Shown here: in pieces, positions 1-11,994 of the stretch
Numbering within the stretch: position 1 is the first letter of the stretch
Layout of the letters: every line of letters starts with the position of its first letter
From: Pelomyxa schiedti
Taxonomy: Eukaryota; Protista; Evosea
Assembly: GCA_020536535.1 (NCBI GenBank)
Contig: JAHLWZ010000761.1
Coordinates: forward strand, 1-64,000
Direction of reading: 5' to 3'
Length of the DNA stretch: 64,000 nucleotides
Program-made: the position numbers and the translations under genes
Notes under the pieces: generated by a model
Told to the model about the DNA's origin: nothing
Databases searched by the model: none
Seen by the model: only the letters and a program-made list of their open reading frames with translations

Positions 1-4
1 AAGT

Positions 5-141
5 CAGTGCTGAGAAACGGGCAGACTGGGGATTGATGATCAAAAAGACTGAGGGAATCATTCTCCCCGAATTCTCCCCTCCCCTCCCAAAAACCTCCCA
101 TCGGGGAAAATCCCCGATGGTACGGGTTTTTTACAGCACTG
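5..141. repeat. Small degenerate inverted-repeat element with internal 10-bp hairpin (possible non-autonomous DNA transposon relic)
   Basis: CAGTGCTG (5-12) and CAGCACTG (134-141) are reverse complements, each with an A/T run on the inner side. Perfect stem CCATCGGGGA-aaa-TCCCCGATGG at 98-120. Left flank is cut by the window edge, so a target site duplication cannot be assessed. Confidence 0.3.
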
Positions 142-156
142 CTCCTCAGTTGGAGG

Positions 157-314
157 TATTGGACGTTTCAGTCAAAAAACGGCATAATGAATGAAAAATA
201 AAAACCACCAACGAAAAACAAGTTTATCCACTGGGCGCACCCAGTGTATTTCGTTTGCTTTTGATGATAGTTTTGGTTTTTTGTGTCGCTGGTTTTTGAC
301 TGAAACGTCCAATA
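157..314. mobile_element. MITE-like foldback element, 22-bp perfect terminal inverted repeats
   Basis: TATTGGACGTTTCAGTCAAAAA (157-178) is the exact reverse complement of TTTTTGACTGAAACGTCCAATA (293-314). Central hairpin CACTGGG-cgca-CCCAGTG. AT-rich noncoding interior. Outer TA dinucleotides could be a TA target duplication. Confidence 0.65.
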
Positions 315-459
315 GGTCTTTTCCCGGCACCCTTGGATTTACGTAAACGCGTGATTTCAAGAACAACCAAATTTAGGTTGGGCTTTGGAAACGAACTTCC
401 GTAACAGTGATTGTTTTCTTCTCCCCCATTCCTGTCGTCACGGTATTTCGTTAAGTGCA

Positions 460-2610
460 ATGAGGCAGTGGGAAAAAATGGCACTCCCCTACCTCTTTAC
501 TGTTCTCTGTGTGTGTACGGTGGTGGCACTGTGCGACGGCTTTGACACAAAGAGTGAGACGGTTGGGCTGGTGAGACTCGATTATGGCACGGCATGCCTC
601 GAAGAAGAAGCACGCAGTGAGAGCGACGTACGAGCGAAAGTGGTTTCGAGGCTACGCGCCCTGGGCCTACCATTTTCGATCGAGGCAGCTCCCTGTGGAG
701 CCAATTATGGGCCCAGGCACAGCCACGTGGCCGTTGTGAATATTCATGAGTCAGAAGATGCGTGGAGGAAGTGGGGGATTCTACAGGAGGAATTGGGAAG
801 CGACGTGGCCCAATTGGGCCAGAGTGCAGGGCATTTGGCTTGGAAAAAGTGGGCGGAATTGAGGAAGAGAAAGGATCCCAGCACCGTCCAAGTTGGCGAG
901 TCTTTTCAGAATAAGCAGAAGCCGAGAAGTGGCGAGAGTACAACATGTTTTTCTCCAAATGTGACATTCACTTATCATGACAATAATGAGGTTTGAGTTC
1001 TTCCTGCTCTTTTTCACTTCCAGAACTCCCATCTTTTTCGTCTAGTTGGAGGCCTATCTGCTTCAAGTTGTGAATATGTATCCAGATATAACGAGGATGT
1101 ATACAATTGGACAAAGTGTTAATAAGAGGGATATTTGGGCGTTTCAGATATCTAAAAACCCTGGTATGCAGGCCCCTCACAGTTGTCAAGTAACTCCTTA
1201 CCAGATATGAATGAGCCCGAACCAAGAGCAAAATTAGTGGCAAATATACACGGAGATGAAGTATCGTAAAAAACCTATTACTTCTCACCATGTTGAATTA
1301 AATGAGGTTGTTGGAAGAGAATGTATGATACACTTGATTGATTATTTTACAAGCCAGTATGGCCTTGATCCAAGTGTAACTAACATTATCGACAACTGCG
1401 ATTTGTACATACTTCCCTGTGTTAATCCTGATGGTATTAGTTTCAAAGTGGACGTGCCATTTACATTATATAGGTTTTGATTCGGGAACGCGAGAAAATG
1501 CACATGGTGTCAACTTGAATAGGTAGTAGCCTTTTTTTTTTGCTACTTAAATGTGAAACCAGAGATTTTCCTGATCGCATAGAAGATACTGACAACACCT
1601 TCACTGGCCGACAGCCAGAAACGGTAGCTATAATGAACTTCACAATGAACCAGGTTAGGTTCATTCAAATTCCGAAGGAGGCGATTAATGAAAGTAGAGA
1701 TTCACAATAGGTGGGAGCTTCCATGGTGGAGATTTAGTTGCAAACTACCCCTACGATGGCAACTCTGAAGGTGCGAGTGTGTATACCGCCAGCCCGGACG
1801 ATGAATTCTACATACTGGCCGCGGTTTGATTTCCTTCATTCATGCTCACCTAACTCTCCAAATTCAAGTCCACCTATGCACAAACGCACCCGACGATGTC
1901 CCAGAGCATAGAGTTTCCTGGGGGGATTACTAATGGCGCTGACTGGTACGTTATCTATGGTGGACTTCAGGACTGGTCCTACGTATGGGAGGGTGTGTAT
2001 TCCACTTTTCTCTTTACCCTGCCTGTATGTAACCTTGCGGAAGAGGTAATGGAAATCACCTTTGAGATATCCTATGACAAGTGGCCAGATGAGAAGACCC
2101 TAGAAGGGTATTGGGATGCTAACTGTCCCGCAATCATGGCCTATCTCAACCTTGCCTTGCAAAAAGGAGTCTGGGGGTTCATTACAGACTCCACAACAGG
2201 TTTTCCTGTAATTGCTGAAGTCCATGTGCAAAACGTACTTCACTTCATTGTGTACCTTTTGCTTATTTGTTACTAAGATTTCAACTTCTGTTCACTCTGA
2301 CACTGCAGGCTTCTATCAAAAACTTTTAGCCCCCAATGATTACCAGGTAACAATTACTCACTATCAAGCCTACACCACGTCCACTTACCCAGAACAAAAA
2401 AAAAAGGTTTTCGTTTCTGCCACTGGATACTACCCCAGTGAGAGTTACAAAATAACAATTCCAGAGAACCAGCAACAACTCCTCGAACTCAACATTTCCC
2501 TCACCCCAGCTCCTCCAACGATTTCCTCTTCAACGAGCAGCTTCCTCCTCCCAACACCGTTTCTGCTCTCATTTGTTCCTTTTTTTGCTGTTCTCTTGAC
2601 ACTGTTTTAA
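460..2610 (+). CDS. Zinc carboxypeptidase, M14B (CPD/CPE-like), with signal peptide, C-terminal regulatory beta-sandwich and probable GPI/TM tail; multi-exon
   Basis: Spliced motifs NIHGDE-VVGRE, YILPCVNPDG, RENAHGVNLNR-DFPD, SFHGGDLVANYPYD, GGLQDWSY, EITFEISYDKWP. Hydrophobic N-terminus and hydrophobic C-terminus ending at stop 2608-2610. Start could also be ATG 478. Confidence 0.92.
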
Positions 2611-2693
2611 GGCCAACAAATCAAAAACAAACCTCAAACAATTTTGTTTTGCCTATTTAATTTAGGGTGTCACTAAACCACTTTTCTTTCTGC

Positions 2694-4562
2694 TCAGTCA
2701 TTCTGGGGAATGGGTGGTGGTCTTGGTGGGGGTGATACAGACCGTACCCAGGCTGTGTTTTTTGGTGTAGTGGTAGTGTCTTGTGTGATTGGTGTGTGGG
2801 TTTCTTTGGGTAGTAGTGGGGGTGTTGGAGTTGGTTTGTGGGGGGGAGGTGGTGGCGGCGAGGGTCTGTTGTGGTGATGATGCGGGGGTGGTGTGTGTTC
2901 ACTGTGAGGGGTTTCTGCCTGTTCCGGTGCCCTGGAACAATGGGCCGGGTGGGGAGGTGGTGGCGTGGCTGGCAGTTTATGTGGTGGGGGGGGAGGGAGT
3001 TGCTTGGGGGGAGCCACGGGTGTTCTAGTAGACGGGCTGCTACATGAAAGAATGGAGGGACTGGATGAGGGGGGAATGGTTGGTGACGCGTGAGGTGTGT
3101 CGTTTGTTGGTTGGGAGTCTCTATCTTTGGGTTCTTTGTCTTTGGGGATTGGAGGTGTTGGTTGTGGGGGAGGAACATGTTGCGGAGTTGGTGGAGGTAC
3201 GGGAGGTGGTACATGTTGCGGTTGTGGTAAAGAAGGTGATGGGCTAAGTTTTGGTCCCGTTAAGGGGGGAGTTCCAGAGGATGACAGTGAGCCACTTGTC
3301 GAAAGCGCAGTGTTTGGTGTTGTTTCGTCAGCGCTGTCTGTCTCATCACTTCCGTCATGACTCTCAACGACAGCGGAGGCAAGATTTCCTATTTTGTGCG
3401 CCTGGTGCATCGCAGCTTTACGAGCCTTCGAAGCCTTGTGCGCAGTAGTTCGTGCTGCTTTGTTTAAAAATTTTACGGCACTGGCTTTGCTTGACTTGTG
3501 TTCTGTTGGGGAATCTGGGGGTTCAGAAGGTTCGCTGGAGGGAGGCAGGACTGCATCGGGGTCTAGATCTAAGCCCTTGAAATGTGAGTGAAAACCGACT
3601 TGCACTCACTCACCTGAAATAACATCTCACAATGCTCAATCATAAATGTCATGAGTTCATTTGCATACCCCGAGTCTTCTAGCATCACACTTATATCACC
3701 TCCAGACGGTCGAAGGATGTTTGGTCCAAAAACTGGGTCCGTTGAATTTTATAATTACTTCCAATGCTGGGTAATACCGATAGAAATATTTGATGGTTTC
3801 ATCATATTCACAGCGGACAGTGCCGCCACTCTCGTGAGGAAGGATACTAAATATTTTAATAACACAAGGTTTTGCCTGGTGTAATTAGGAATAATAGGTT
3901 CATTCATAATTCTACACACTTGGGTATGAAGTCAAAGACTTGTCGAATCTTTTTTGCTTTCACCTCTATATCTTGAACAGCTGTACAGAGTGAGAAGGCG
4001 AAAACTCAGGAAAGGAGTAACCAATTGCTGCAATAAACATGTCGTACTGGGAGAGGGTGAGTCTGAAATCAAAAGGAAAAATTTTCTTACCATATCGAAT
4101 GTTAGGAGGGCTTCTGGAAGCTCCCTTTAGAATAATTAATGATCGTTCATAGTGCAGTGTTGGGTGAGATGATCAGTAGCAACCTCCAAATAAAACAAAA
4201 TACACACACAAAAAAAAAAACCGTTGTGTGTCATTACCTAAGCCACAGTTTCAACAGCCCAGCAATGGCATGAGGGTCAGAAGGGGCAAAAGCAGCCAAA
4301 TCAACTTTTTCGCCTTTGTCATAACGAGATTTCAAGTCCAAAACCAAGTTTTGGTGCCCACTTTGCCTAAACAATCCTTCCACCTTGTCCGATGAGCCAA
4401 GAAGTGCCACCCCAAAAAAAAAATTGTGCATACAGACAGGAAGTTCTTCCCAGGTGTTTCCAGATACTCCACACAGTCCCTTACGATGGCAGGTATTGCG
4501 GTTGTACTTGAACTTAAAGGTCGTCCAAACACGAGGTTGTGGCGTTTCTTGGTAGACGACAT
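2694..4562 (-). CDS. RhoGAP domain protein with long proline-rich C-terminus; multi-exon
   Basis: VFGRPL...IPAIVRDCVEYLE, arginine finger VEGLFRQSG, DPHAIAGLLKLWLR, LKYLVSFLTRVAALSAVNMMKPSNISI-VFGPNILRP, then the poly-Pro ORF 2694..3605. Confidence 0.9.
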
Positions 4563-4978
4563 GCTTCTGAGTATATAGGGTCAGATCTACGCCGCAACAC
4601 AGACACAAAAGACAACACCCACCTCTTCGTAGATCTCGGGGTGTCACACGCCGAAGATTTTTGTTTGTTTTTGTGCTCATTTTCTCCACTTTTTTTAAAT
4701 CAGTGTTTTTCCACCCCAATCTGATCGCAACGCCGAAAGATCTTTTGGGGCGAAAGGGCATGCCTAAAAAAGCAAAGTGAAACGAGGCTTGCCCCCACTG
4801 TGATTCTTCTTTTCAGGTGAATCAGTCTGGCCTCAGAACTTGCAACAACGAACATTTGGTCGACAGTAGTTGCCTGCCAGGACCTCTTCCATTCAAATTC
4901 CACATTTCCTCCGTAAAAACAAAAAAACAAAAAAAACTTGTGTTGAAGTTGGTAGTTTGGAAGTACAGTCACACCACA

Positions 4979-6806
4979 ATGTCCTTGGGGTTGCCAATGC
5001 CCTCTCCGCGTAGGGCCAGTTCTCCAGCGGCGAGATCTTCTTCGTCGGGCCTGACAGATCCCGACGCGGATCTGGAGGAAGGACTGCGTGCGCCGTCGGT
5101 TGGTGCTACGTCGTTGCCTACATCTACGTTAGGGGCGGCTCAGAAGCCCCCAGTTTCGCCTGCGGCATCACCAGCGGGGCTGCAGAGTGTTGGGCAAAAC
5201 GGCGAGGGGGGGCCACGTGATGTGGAGACGGCGTGGACGGGAGCTCCTGGGGGTGGCATGTGCAGTTCTGTGCTACTGCTCAGGGTGATGTACTGCACGA
5301 TATTTGGAGCGTTCGGGGTGTATGAGCCGTTTTTGAGCGTTTTCTTGGCGGTTGCTTTCCAGTTTTGGATGTTGTGACGGGATGGGATGGGAATGGGAAT
5401 GGGAAGGAGGGTGAGCTTTATGTTTGCTGGCAATTGATTAATTTTTCACTTCCAGACAGTGAAGGGTTTTGCACTGCCCCAAGTGGGCTTTCTTGTTGCA
5501 ATTCCGCCCTTGGTAGGGTTCATGTCCAGTACAACATGGACTACATTTGCTGATGCTCACTCGTCCCATTTGACATGTCTTTTTGGAGCTGGCATTGCTT
5601 CAATATGTTCGTTTCGTTTTCTTCTTTTTATGGGTGCTTACTCACTGCGGTAGTTTGCATGATTTTACTCTGGCTATCATCTTCCTTCATACAGACAGCA
5701 CTAATGTTGGCACTCTTCTCCTTTTTCCGGGCACCTCTGACTCCCTTACTTGATACGACATCGATGCGAGTATGTTTCTCTCTGAGTATAAACTAGTGGC
5801 GTGACGGTGTGCAAGGTTCTGAGGAGTGACACTAAATCTTATGGACGCTTGAGAATGTTTGGGGGACTTGGATTTGGTTTGTTCGCCTTCGTTGTTGGAA
5901 ATCTTGGTAGGTTCCCATTTTTCTATCTGAACATAATTACATTGTAGTTGACTGGTTCGACTTCCGTTTGATGATTTTTTGTTACATTTTTTGCATGAGT
6001 ATTTTTGTATACCTCGTGAGGTACCCGAAGCAAATCCCCTGCTTGATGATACTCAATGTACCAGCGTCCTCGGAAAAATAGATAAGAGCTTGTACAAGTC
6101 GGACAGTAAACTACAAGAGCGCCGCATTGGTAAAAGACCTTCGATACTTTCTTTGTTGCAGCGCCGGGACGTACTCCTGTTTGTAGTCACAGAATTTTTC
6201 CTTGGAATTAGTCACCACACTATAACCAACTTTTTATTTGTATGCCTAACTCCTCCTATTCCCAGTATCTTATATCTTATTCGCAGTTGTACCTTGCTGG
6301 TACTCTGGGAGCTACAAAAACTCTAATGGGAGTAATGATTGCCATGTCAATAATGAGTGAAGTCCCCGTATTCTACTTTAGCCCACAGCTTATATCACGT
6401 CTGGGCTATGATAAAATGATTATCATTGCCCACGGTGCTGTAATTATACGTTTGCTCGCCTACACACTGATTGGAACTGCAACTTTGGCCCTGGGCATTC
6501 AGGTGAGCTCATTTTCCTTCAATTTCCCTTCCCAGCTTATCTCGAATCAAGCTCCTGCATGGCCTCACGTTTGCCTGCATGTGGGCGGCTGCCGTCGTGC
6601 ACGCAAACGCACTGGCTCCTCCAGGGCAAGAGGCCACCTTACAAGGCCTATTGACGGCTTCATTCACCGGGCTTGGAAGTGCCACTGGCTCGATTCTTGG
6701 TGGCATTATTTTCCAGAACCTGGGCCCTATACTTTTATATCGAATGGCTGCAGCTGTTGTTGTGCTCTCACTGGGACTGTTTGTCTGGGGCAGAAGAAAG
6801 AATTGA
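4979..6806 (+). CDS. Major facilitator superfamily transporter (MFSD6/MFS_1-like); multi-exon
   Basis: Multiple TM helices. FGAFGVYEPFLSVF; MSEVPVFYFSPQLISRLG; WAAAVVHANALAPPGQEATLQGLLTASFTGLGSATGSILGG is typical of the MFSD6 family. Confidence 0.85.
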
Positions 6807-6906
6807 AGGTTGGTGGGAGGATTGTGAAACAAGAAATATCTTATTTGTGGATAAAAAAAGAGGCACCAGAAAAACGAAAACTCCTTTCTTTTTTATTTTC
6901 TTTTAG

Positions 6907-9706
6907 CTACCCGTGACCAGTGAGTCGCAACAAATTTAGGGCATCATCACATCTGGGGGCATTTCGTTGAGAACGTGGATGTCTCTGTGTATGGTGATTA
7001 GACAATGAATGGTGAAGACATGAAATTAGAAGGTATATGGAACCTGTATCGTCCATTGAGTGCAGATACGGCAGTAGCAAGAGCGTCAACTTCATGCAAG
7101 TCATTGAAAACCTGGAAGGTCAGGCGCACGCACAGTGTTGGAACGTCACTGTTGGTAGTGTGAGTGGTGTTTTGTTAATATGGAAGTAAGGTACTCTATT
7201 GGAAGAATGAGGAAGAGAGCAGTGATGTGGTGCTTGAGAATCATGTAAGCAGTAATTTCATTGGCAACAGTGCTATCCATGTTGGCACCGCCGGGAAGGG
7301 GAATGGTCGGCATGCGTCCATAGTGAGCAGAATGTTTCTGATAAGAAGGTGCGTGGGTCTCTGATTGGTTGTTGGTATTCCCACTCAAGTTGGAGCACAC
7401 TGTACCTGATGGGAACCAGCGCTCCTTAAGTAACTCCACAGCATCATGAGCCAGCTGGTTACAATAGTCCCAAACCTTATTCCACCCTCCACAAACTGAA
7501 GCAATGAGAACACAGTAATGAGGTCGTAAAAGGAACCTTTCTCAACAAATTGGAACCCCTGTCCTACGGACAACCAGTTGGAGAAATCTTGTAACCCATA
7601 GTAGGCAAATTCCTGTTCATAGCCGTGTCCGTAATTGTATGACACAGTCAAAGTGGTAAGACCCTGCTGGCAGTGTGGTTGGGCCACCAGGAAGGCAGTC
7701 CCAAGAGGGCAATAGCACCATCGATCCAAAGAGCCTAAAAAAATTAAAAATCTACTTAGTGCAAGAGAAAGAAAGTACCAACAAAGTATTCAGCCATAAG
7801 ACCATTAACATCCACAGGGAATTGGCCCACAGCTTGGGTACCGTCCAGGCAAACTGGAATCTAAGAGTACGGTTTAATGGCATTCCTTTTTTTTGGTCTC
7901 TTACTTTGCACTTGTGGAAAGCTGATATTATTTCCTTTGCTGGCATAATATAGCCTCCCGCTGAAACGTAGGAGAAACTTGCTAGCCGAGGAGCAGGGCC
8001 ACTAATTCTTTCGGTTAGCATGATATAGGGTTATGGTGAAGATTACTTGGCCAATAAAGCCTTGAGCTCTGTCTTAAGATAGGTCTTAAAGCCTTTAGTC
8101 GAAGTAGGAAGGGGAACATTAAGCTGCAAGTCTTAGTGGCTTTTCTTTCCAGAAAACATTTGTACCTCAATAAGTTCCACTGGATGATGTGCCTTGACCC
8201 AATTATAGATTGCCTTGTTTGGCTCAGTGTCACAGCTGAGATAAACAAGACGGTCACCCGTCGTCCATGTTATGCTCTTCATAATGGCCGACATTGCAGC
8301 ATTAGGGTTGAGAATAAACTGGAAGTCATTTGGATCACAGTGAACAAAGGTGGTCACCTTCAGGCCAAGTAAGAAGAGAAAAGGCATGTTTCAATACATG
8401 CCTTGGACACCAGAGGTGCCAATCTAATGGTGAACGTTTTCAAGCGAAACAGGACTGGGTCAGCATGAATAATGTCCTACCACCAACTTAGTCTGTACTC
8501 AGAAATGGAAAAATCATACCTCCCAAGCACGGAGAGCTGTTACTGTAGAAATTGGCAAGACACCATAGGAAGCTTAAAAAAACCGCTGTTGACAAAAAAA
8601 TATGTTGTATCTGACACCTTACCACAGTTGAAGAAGCCGTCTTGTATGTAGAAGTAAGCTCGCATGGGAGCACCAAATGGCACTGGGGGCATTTGTGTTG
8701 CAAAAGGCAATTCAACGGTAGGACAGTCAACAGCTCCACCGGCTGTACCAAAAACGGCCGTTTTTAGGGAAGCCTAGGGAGAGGTCAACAGAAAGTGGAG
8801 TGGTAAAAACAAACCTCTGCCCAAGTAAGAGACCTATTCGAGTGAAGCTGATGTGACAACCGCTCTCCTGTGGTGTCAACAACTTCTTTTTGTATCTTTT
8901 TAAGGGTCACTGATATGCAGGATACAGGTAATCACTTGCCTTAGTAAGGCCATCCATTTGGACCTCCGTATTCAGAATTAATCGCTCCACATTTGGGGCA
9001 ATGGGAGGAATAGCAGCAGGGTTCCCTCCTAACGCCCTATAAGCGTCCTGAAGTCGCCTATGGATTTTTAATCATTACATTGAATTTGCAGGACGAAAGG
9101 AATACCTTGTTTCATCGCGGAGAGCCATAAGTTGATTCCCTTTTGACGCAGCCCCTGTTGGAGCAGCAGCACTTGGTGTCCATAGCATTTTCACGTGCAA
9201 TCGGCCGTGCTTGACTTCCTTCAATGTCAGCCAGAGATCAGAAGCTTCGTTATCTGGAAGAGAAGCAAGTTCCACAGTAATGTGACCAAGTGGGTCGTTT
9301 GTTCCGACCATATCGTGGTCCTAGTAAAAAATGATAAGGGGGTGACCACATAACAAGGAATGGGAAGAAATACCCAAACTCGGAAAATGAAATCCTGAGA
9401 CTTGTAGTCAACATTGAAGGTAAAGGACTGGTTCCACTACATTTCGAATTATATTCCAGAGGAAAGAAAAGAACGAGAAAAGTGAACCTTGGGGTTAAGT
9501 GTCTTTGAAATGATCTTCGTATGTTGTTTTTCCAATTTACCCGAGTCATCAACAACAAGTCCGAGAGTTACGTATGGGTCTTTTTTTGTGTTGGTTTTTC
9601 GTTAGTTGGTTGTTGGGGATGAAAAAAAAAGAGTACCAGATTTGCCGTTGCTGTCAGCAGCAATAAGATCGGCGGCCTCGATGACATCGACTTTGAGTGT
9701 GCCCAT
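6907..9706 (-). CDS. C2 domain fused to class-V aminotransferase / L-cysteine desulfhydrase-like fold (probable pseudoenzyme); multi-exon
   Basis: C2: MGTLKVDVIEAADLIAADSNGKSDPY ... FRVWDHDMVGTNDPLG. Phase-consistent splicing leads to PFGAPMRAYFYIQDGFFNCASYG, IPVCLDGTQAVG and FVGSLDRWCYCPLGTAFL. Stop at 6907-6909. Confidence 0.85.
8896..8939 (-). other. GC-AG intron (44 nt) in the C2-aminotransferase gene
   Basis: Donor AAG|GCAAGT, acceptor AAAAG|ATA. Splicing removes an in-frame TGA and keeps phase 0 (GLTK|IQKEVV). Confidence 0.7.
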
Positions 9707-9881
9707 TGCCTCCTCTTGCTTTTTTCCTGTTTTTGTTGCTTTGTGTTTCGTGTTTTTCTTTTTCGTTTCGTTGGATTTTTGAAAGCTTGTTGATTTCCAG
9801 TAAGTAACAACCGTCACCCAACTATGTTCGCCCTAGACCTCCCGCCCACACTCCATGTTCTAAAAAGTTATAACAGGTTGT

Positions 9882-11994
9882 TTAACGCACAACAATAACG
9901 TCAGTGGATATCAGGGCATAATCTTGGTGGGTCACGATAGCCAGAGACCTCAGTACCATATTGAGCACGTGTGTGGGCAACGGAATCTCGACATTGTCGA
10001 GGAGTGTCAACGCGGTACCCAGTGCCACTTTAAGCTCTATCTCAAGAAGGCCGGGGTCGAACTTCCCGATGCTGCTGTGTGAGGATTGTTAGGGAGACAA
10101 CCGACCACAAGTTTGAGGATGGGAGAAGCGATTGAAGGATATAAATCAGGTGCAGAGTAAACTGGAAGTCCGTATGAGACAGACGTATACTGTTGTTGGC
10201 TTGAATAAGGTTGAACGATGCAGTCAATAAAGTATCAACGGTAAAGGCCTTTGCGTATGTCAACTCTTATGTTCTACTTTTTTTTTGTTTACCAATTTTG
10301 TACTGTGATCTGCAGAAGTAATGGTTGGGTGAAGTTCCATTAGGAAGAAAGGTACCAGGGTTGATTACAAGCCAACTCAACTTGAGATGTGCTTCAATGC
10401 CAATGACATTATTTTCTGTAAGGTAAACAACAGGAGAACTAGATGGAACTATGGCAATTTCCAATGGCATCCCCGGGTATACCCGATACAGCTGCAATAC
10501 AATGAACTATGAGAGTGAGTGAAACTTCTTTGGTATGTGCACTTCTACTTTATACATGTCAGTTAAGAAGAATTTTTCCGCATTTTCTGGAACATCGTAG
10601 TACCCGACACCTAGGTTTCGTCATAATTTTCTCCCGTCTTTTTCTGCGTACTGTAGTTCAACTTTCCACTTTGAGTCAAAGCATCCAGTGCAGAATTAAT
10701 TACGTATTCGTCTACAAAGAGCTAAAAGTATTAGAGCAGTCTTACCTAAGTTTTGGATGTTCTTACTTGAACCATGGAATTTGTTTGGCTTTCTGGGAGA
10801 ACTTTTACAGGGAAGTTCGTTTGCATTTCATGCTGCGGATCGAAAATAGTCCCATTGATTGCTCCGGTTATGTACCAAGCAGTGGTTCCTGTTTGTGGCA
10901 TTAACACTGTAACACTGACACATTCCAGTACAAACCAATTGAAAGCACAGAGGCATCTAAGTAGAAATCATCGAAAAGGTGGATCGTTGTTGGAAGATGG
11001 GAAAGGGTTGTATTAAGAGAGATAAGTGCTCCCTCTATTGCTGGTGGAACCATTTTGTTTATTGTATTCTCTAGGATCCACGAAAAGACATCAACAAACA
11101 ACTGGACCATATAAGAGAGACAACAAACATTATGTCAATACCACTGGGAGAGGAAAGGAAGGGTGTATTGGGTGATGTAAAAAAGGAAAGACCTGAATGA
11201 ACCACGAAGGACCTCCATGAACTCTGTAAAAGTGTTCGAGTTAAACAGCAGCCAAACTCTAACCTGATATAAATGTCACCAACATCAAAAGCTATGCGAC
11301 TCGGAGCAATAGTCAATTGCCCGTTGCCATTCGTGCCCAAAAGAGCAGAAATAGTGAGTTCAGACTTGGATATGGATTAATTGTACTATCACCGCATTCA
11401 AACATACATTCTCAAGCTCAATAGTAGCGGTGCCCTTCTCACTTAAATGAGGCCAGGAGCTTCGCCTTTTTGAATCACTCAGTACTTCTCTATTAAAAAA
11501 CGGAAAACCTAAAACTCCAAGATAAGGAGCCGCTTACTTCAGCACCGTACAACGTAAATGTCACTGCTATAAAAAAGAATGTTACTGGCCAGCTAGAGGA
11601 TTTTCTAGTGTACCACTTCCAGCTGTAAAGGCTATGTTAGTATCACCAAAAGAAACTGCACTAATGGTGATATCCGTAGCATTTACCTCAACAGTACCGA
11701 ACAATACACTTATCTACCGTAGTTTAGTGGCTATCGTTCATGACGATAAAGAGGTACTTTTTCATGAATATCTTCTATTTGCATGTCAAGTATAGCATCC
11801 ACCAACCGCGGGACCAGTGCATCTTACGGAATGAGATTTGTAGGTCTTTGAGCACACAAAAAAGTACCATTAAGCAAGTAATCCAGTCCCACCTCAGTGA
11901 CAGTGAATTGGGCTCCTGCTGGGATACTAGTGCTCACAGAACAGGCTTGTAAACAAACCAAGCAGAACAGCAATAACTTAGTGGCAACCACCAT
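9882..11994 (-). CDS. LBP/BPI/CETP family lipid-binding protein, secreted; multi-exon
   Basis: Signal peptide MVVATKLLLFCLVCLQACS, then PAGAQFTVTEVGLDYLL; LNTTLSHLPTTIHLFDDFYLDASV; C-terminal VEIPLPTHVLNMVLRSLAIVTHQDYALISTD. All match the BPI fold pattern. Confidence 0.82.

Noticed and set aside
9824-10130. Plus-strand spliceable ORF fragments opposite the BPI 3' end
   Set aside because: Frames close quickly; the minus strand gives a coherent BPI C-terminus.
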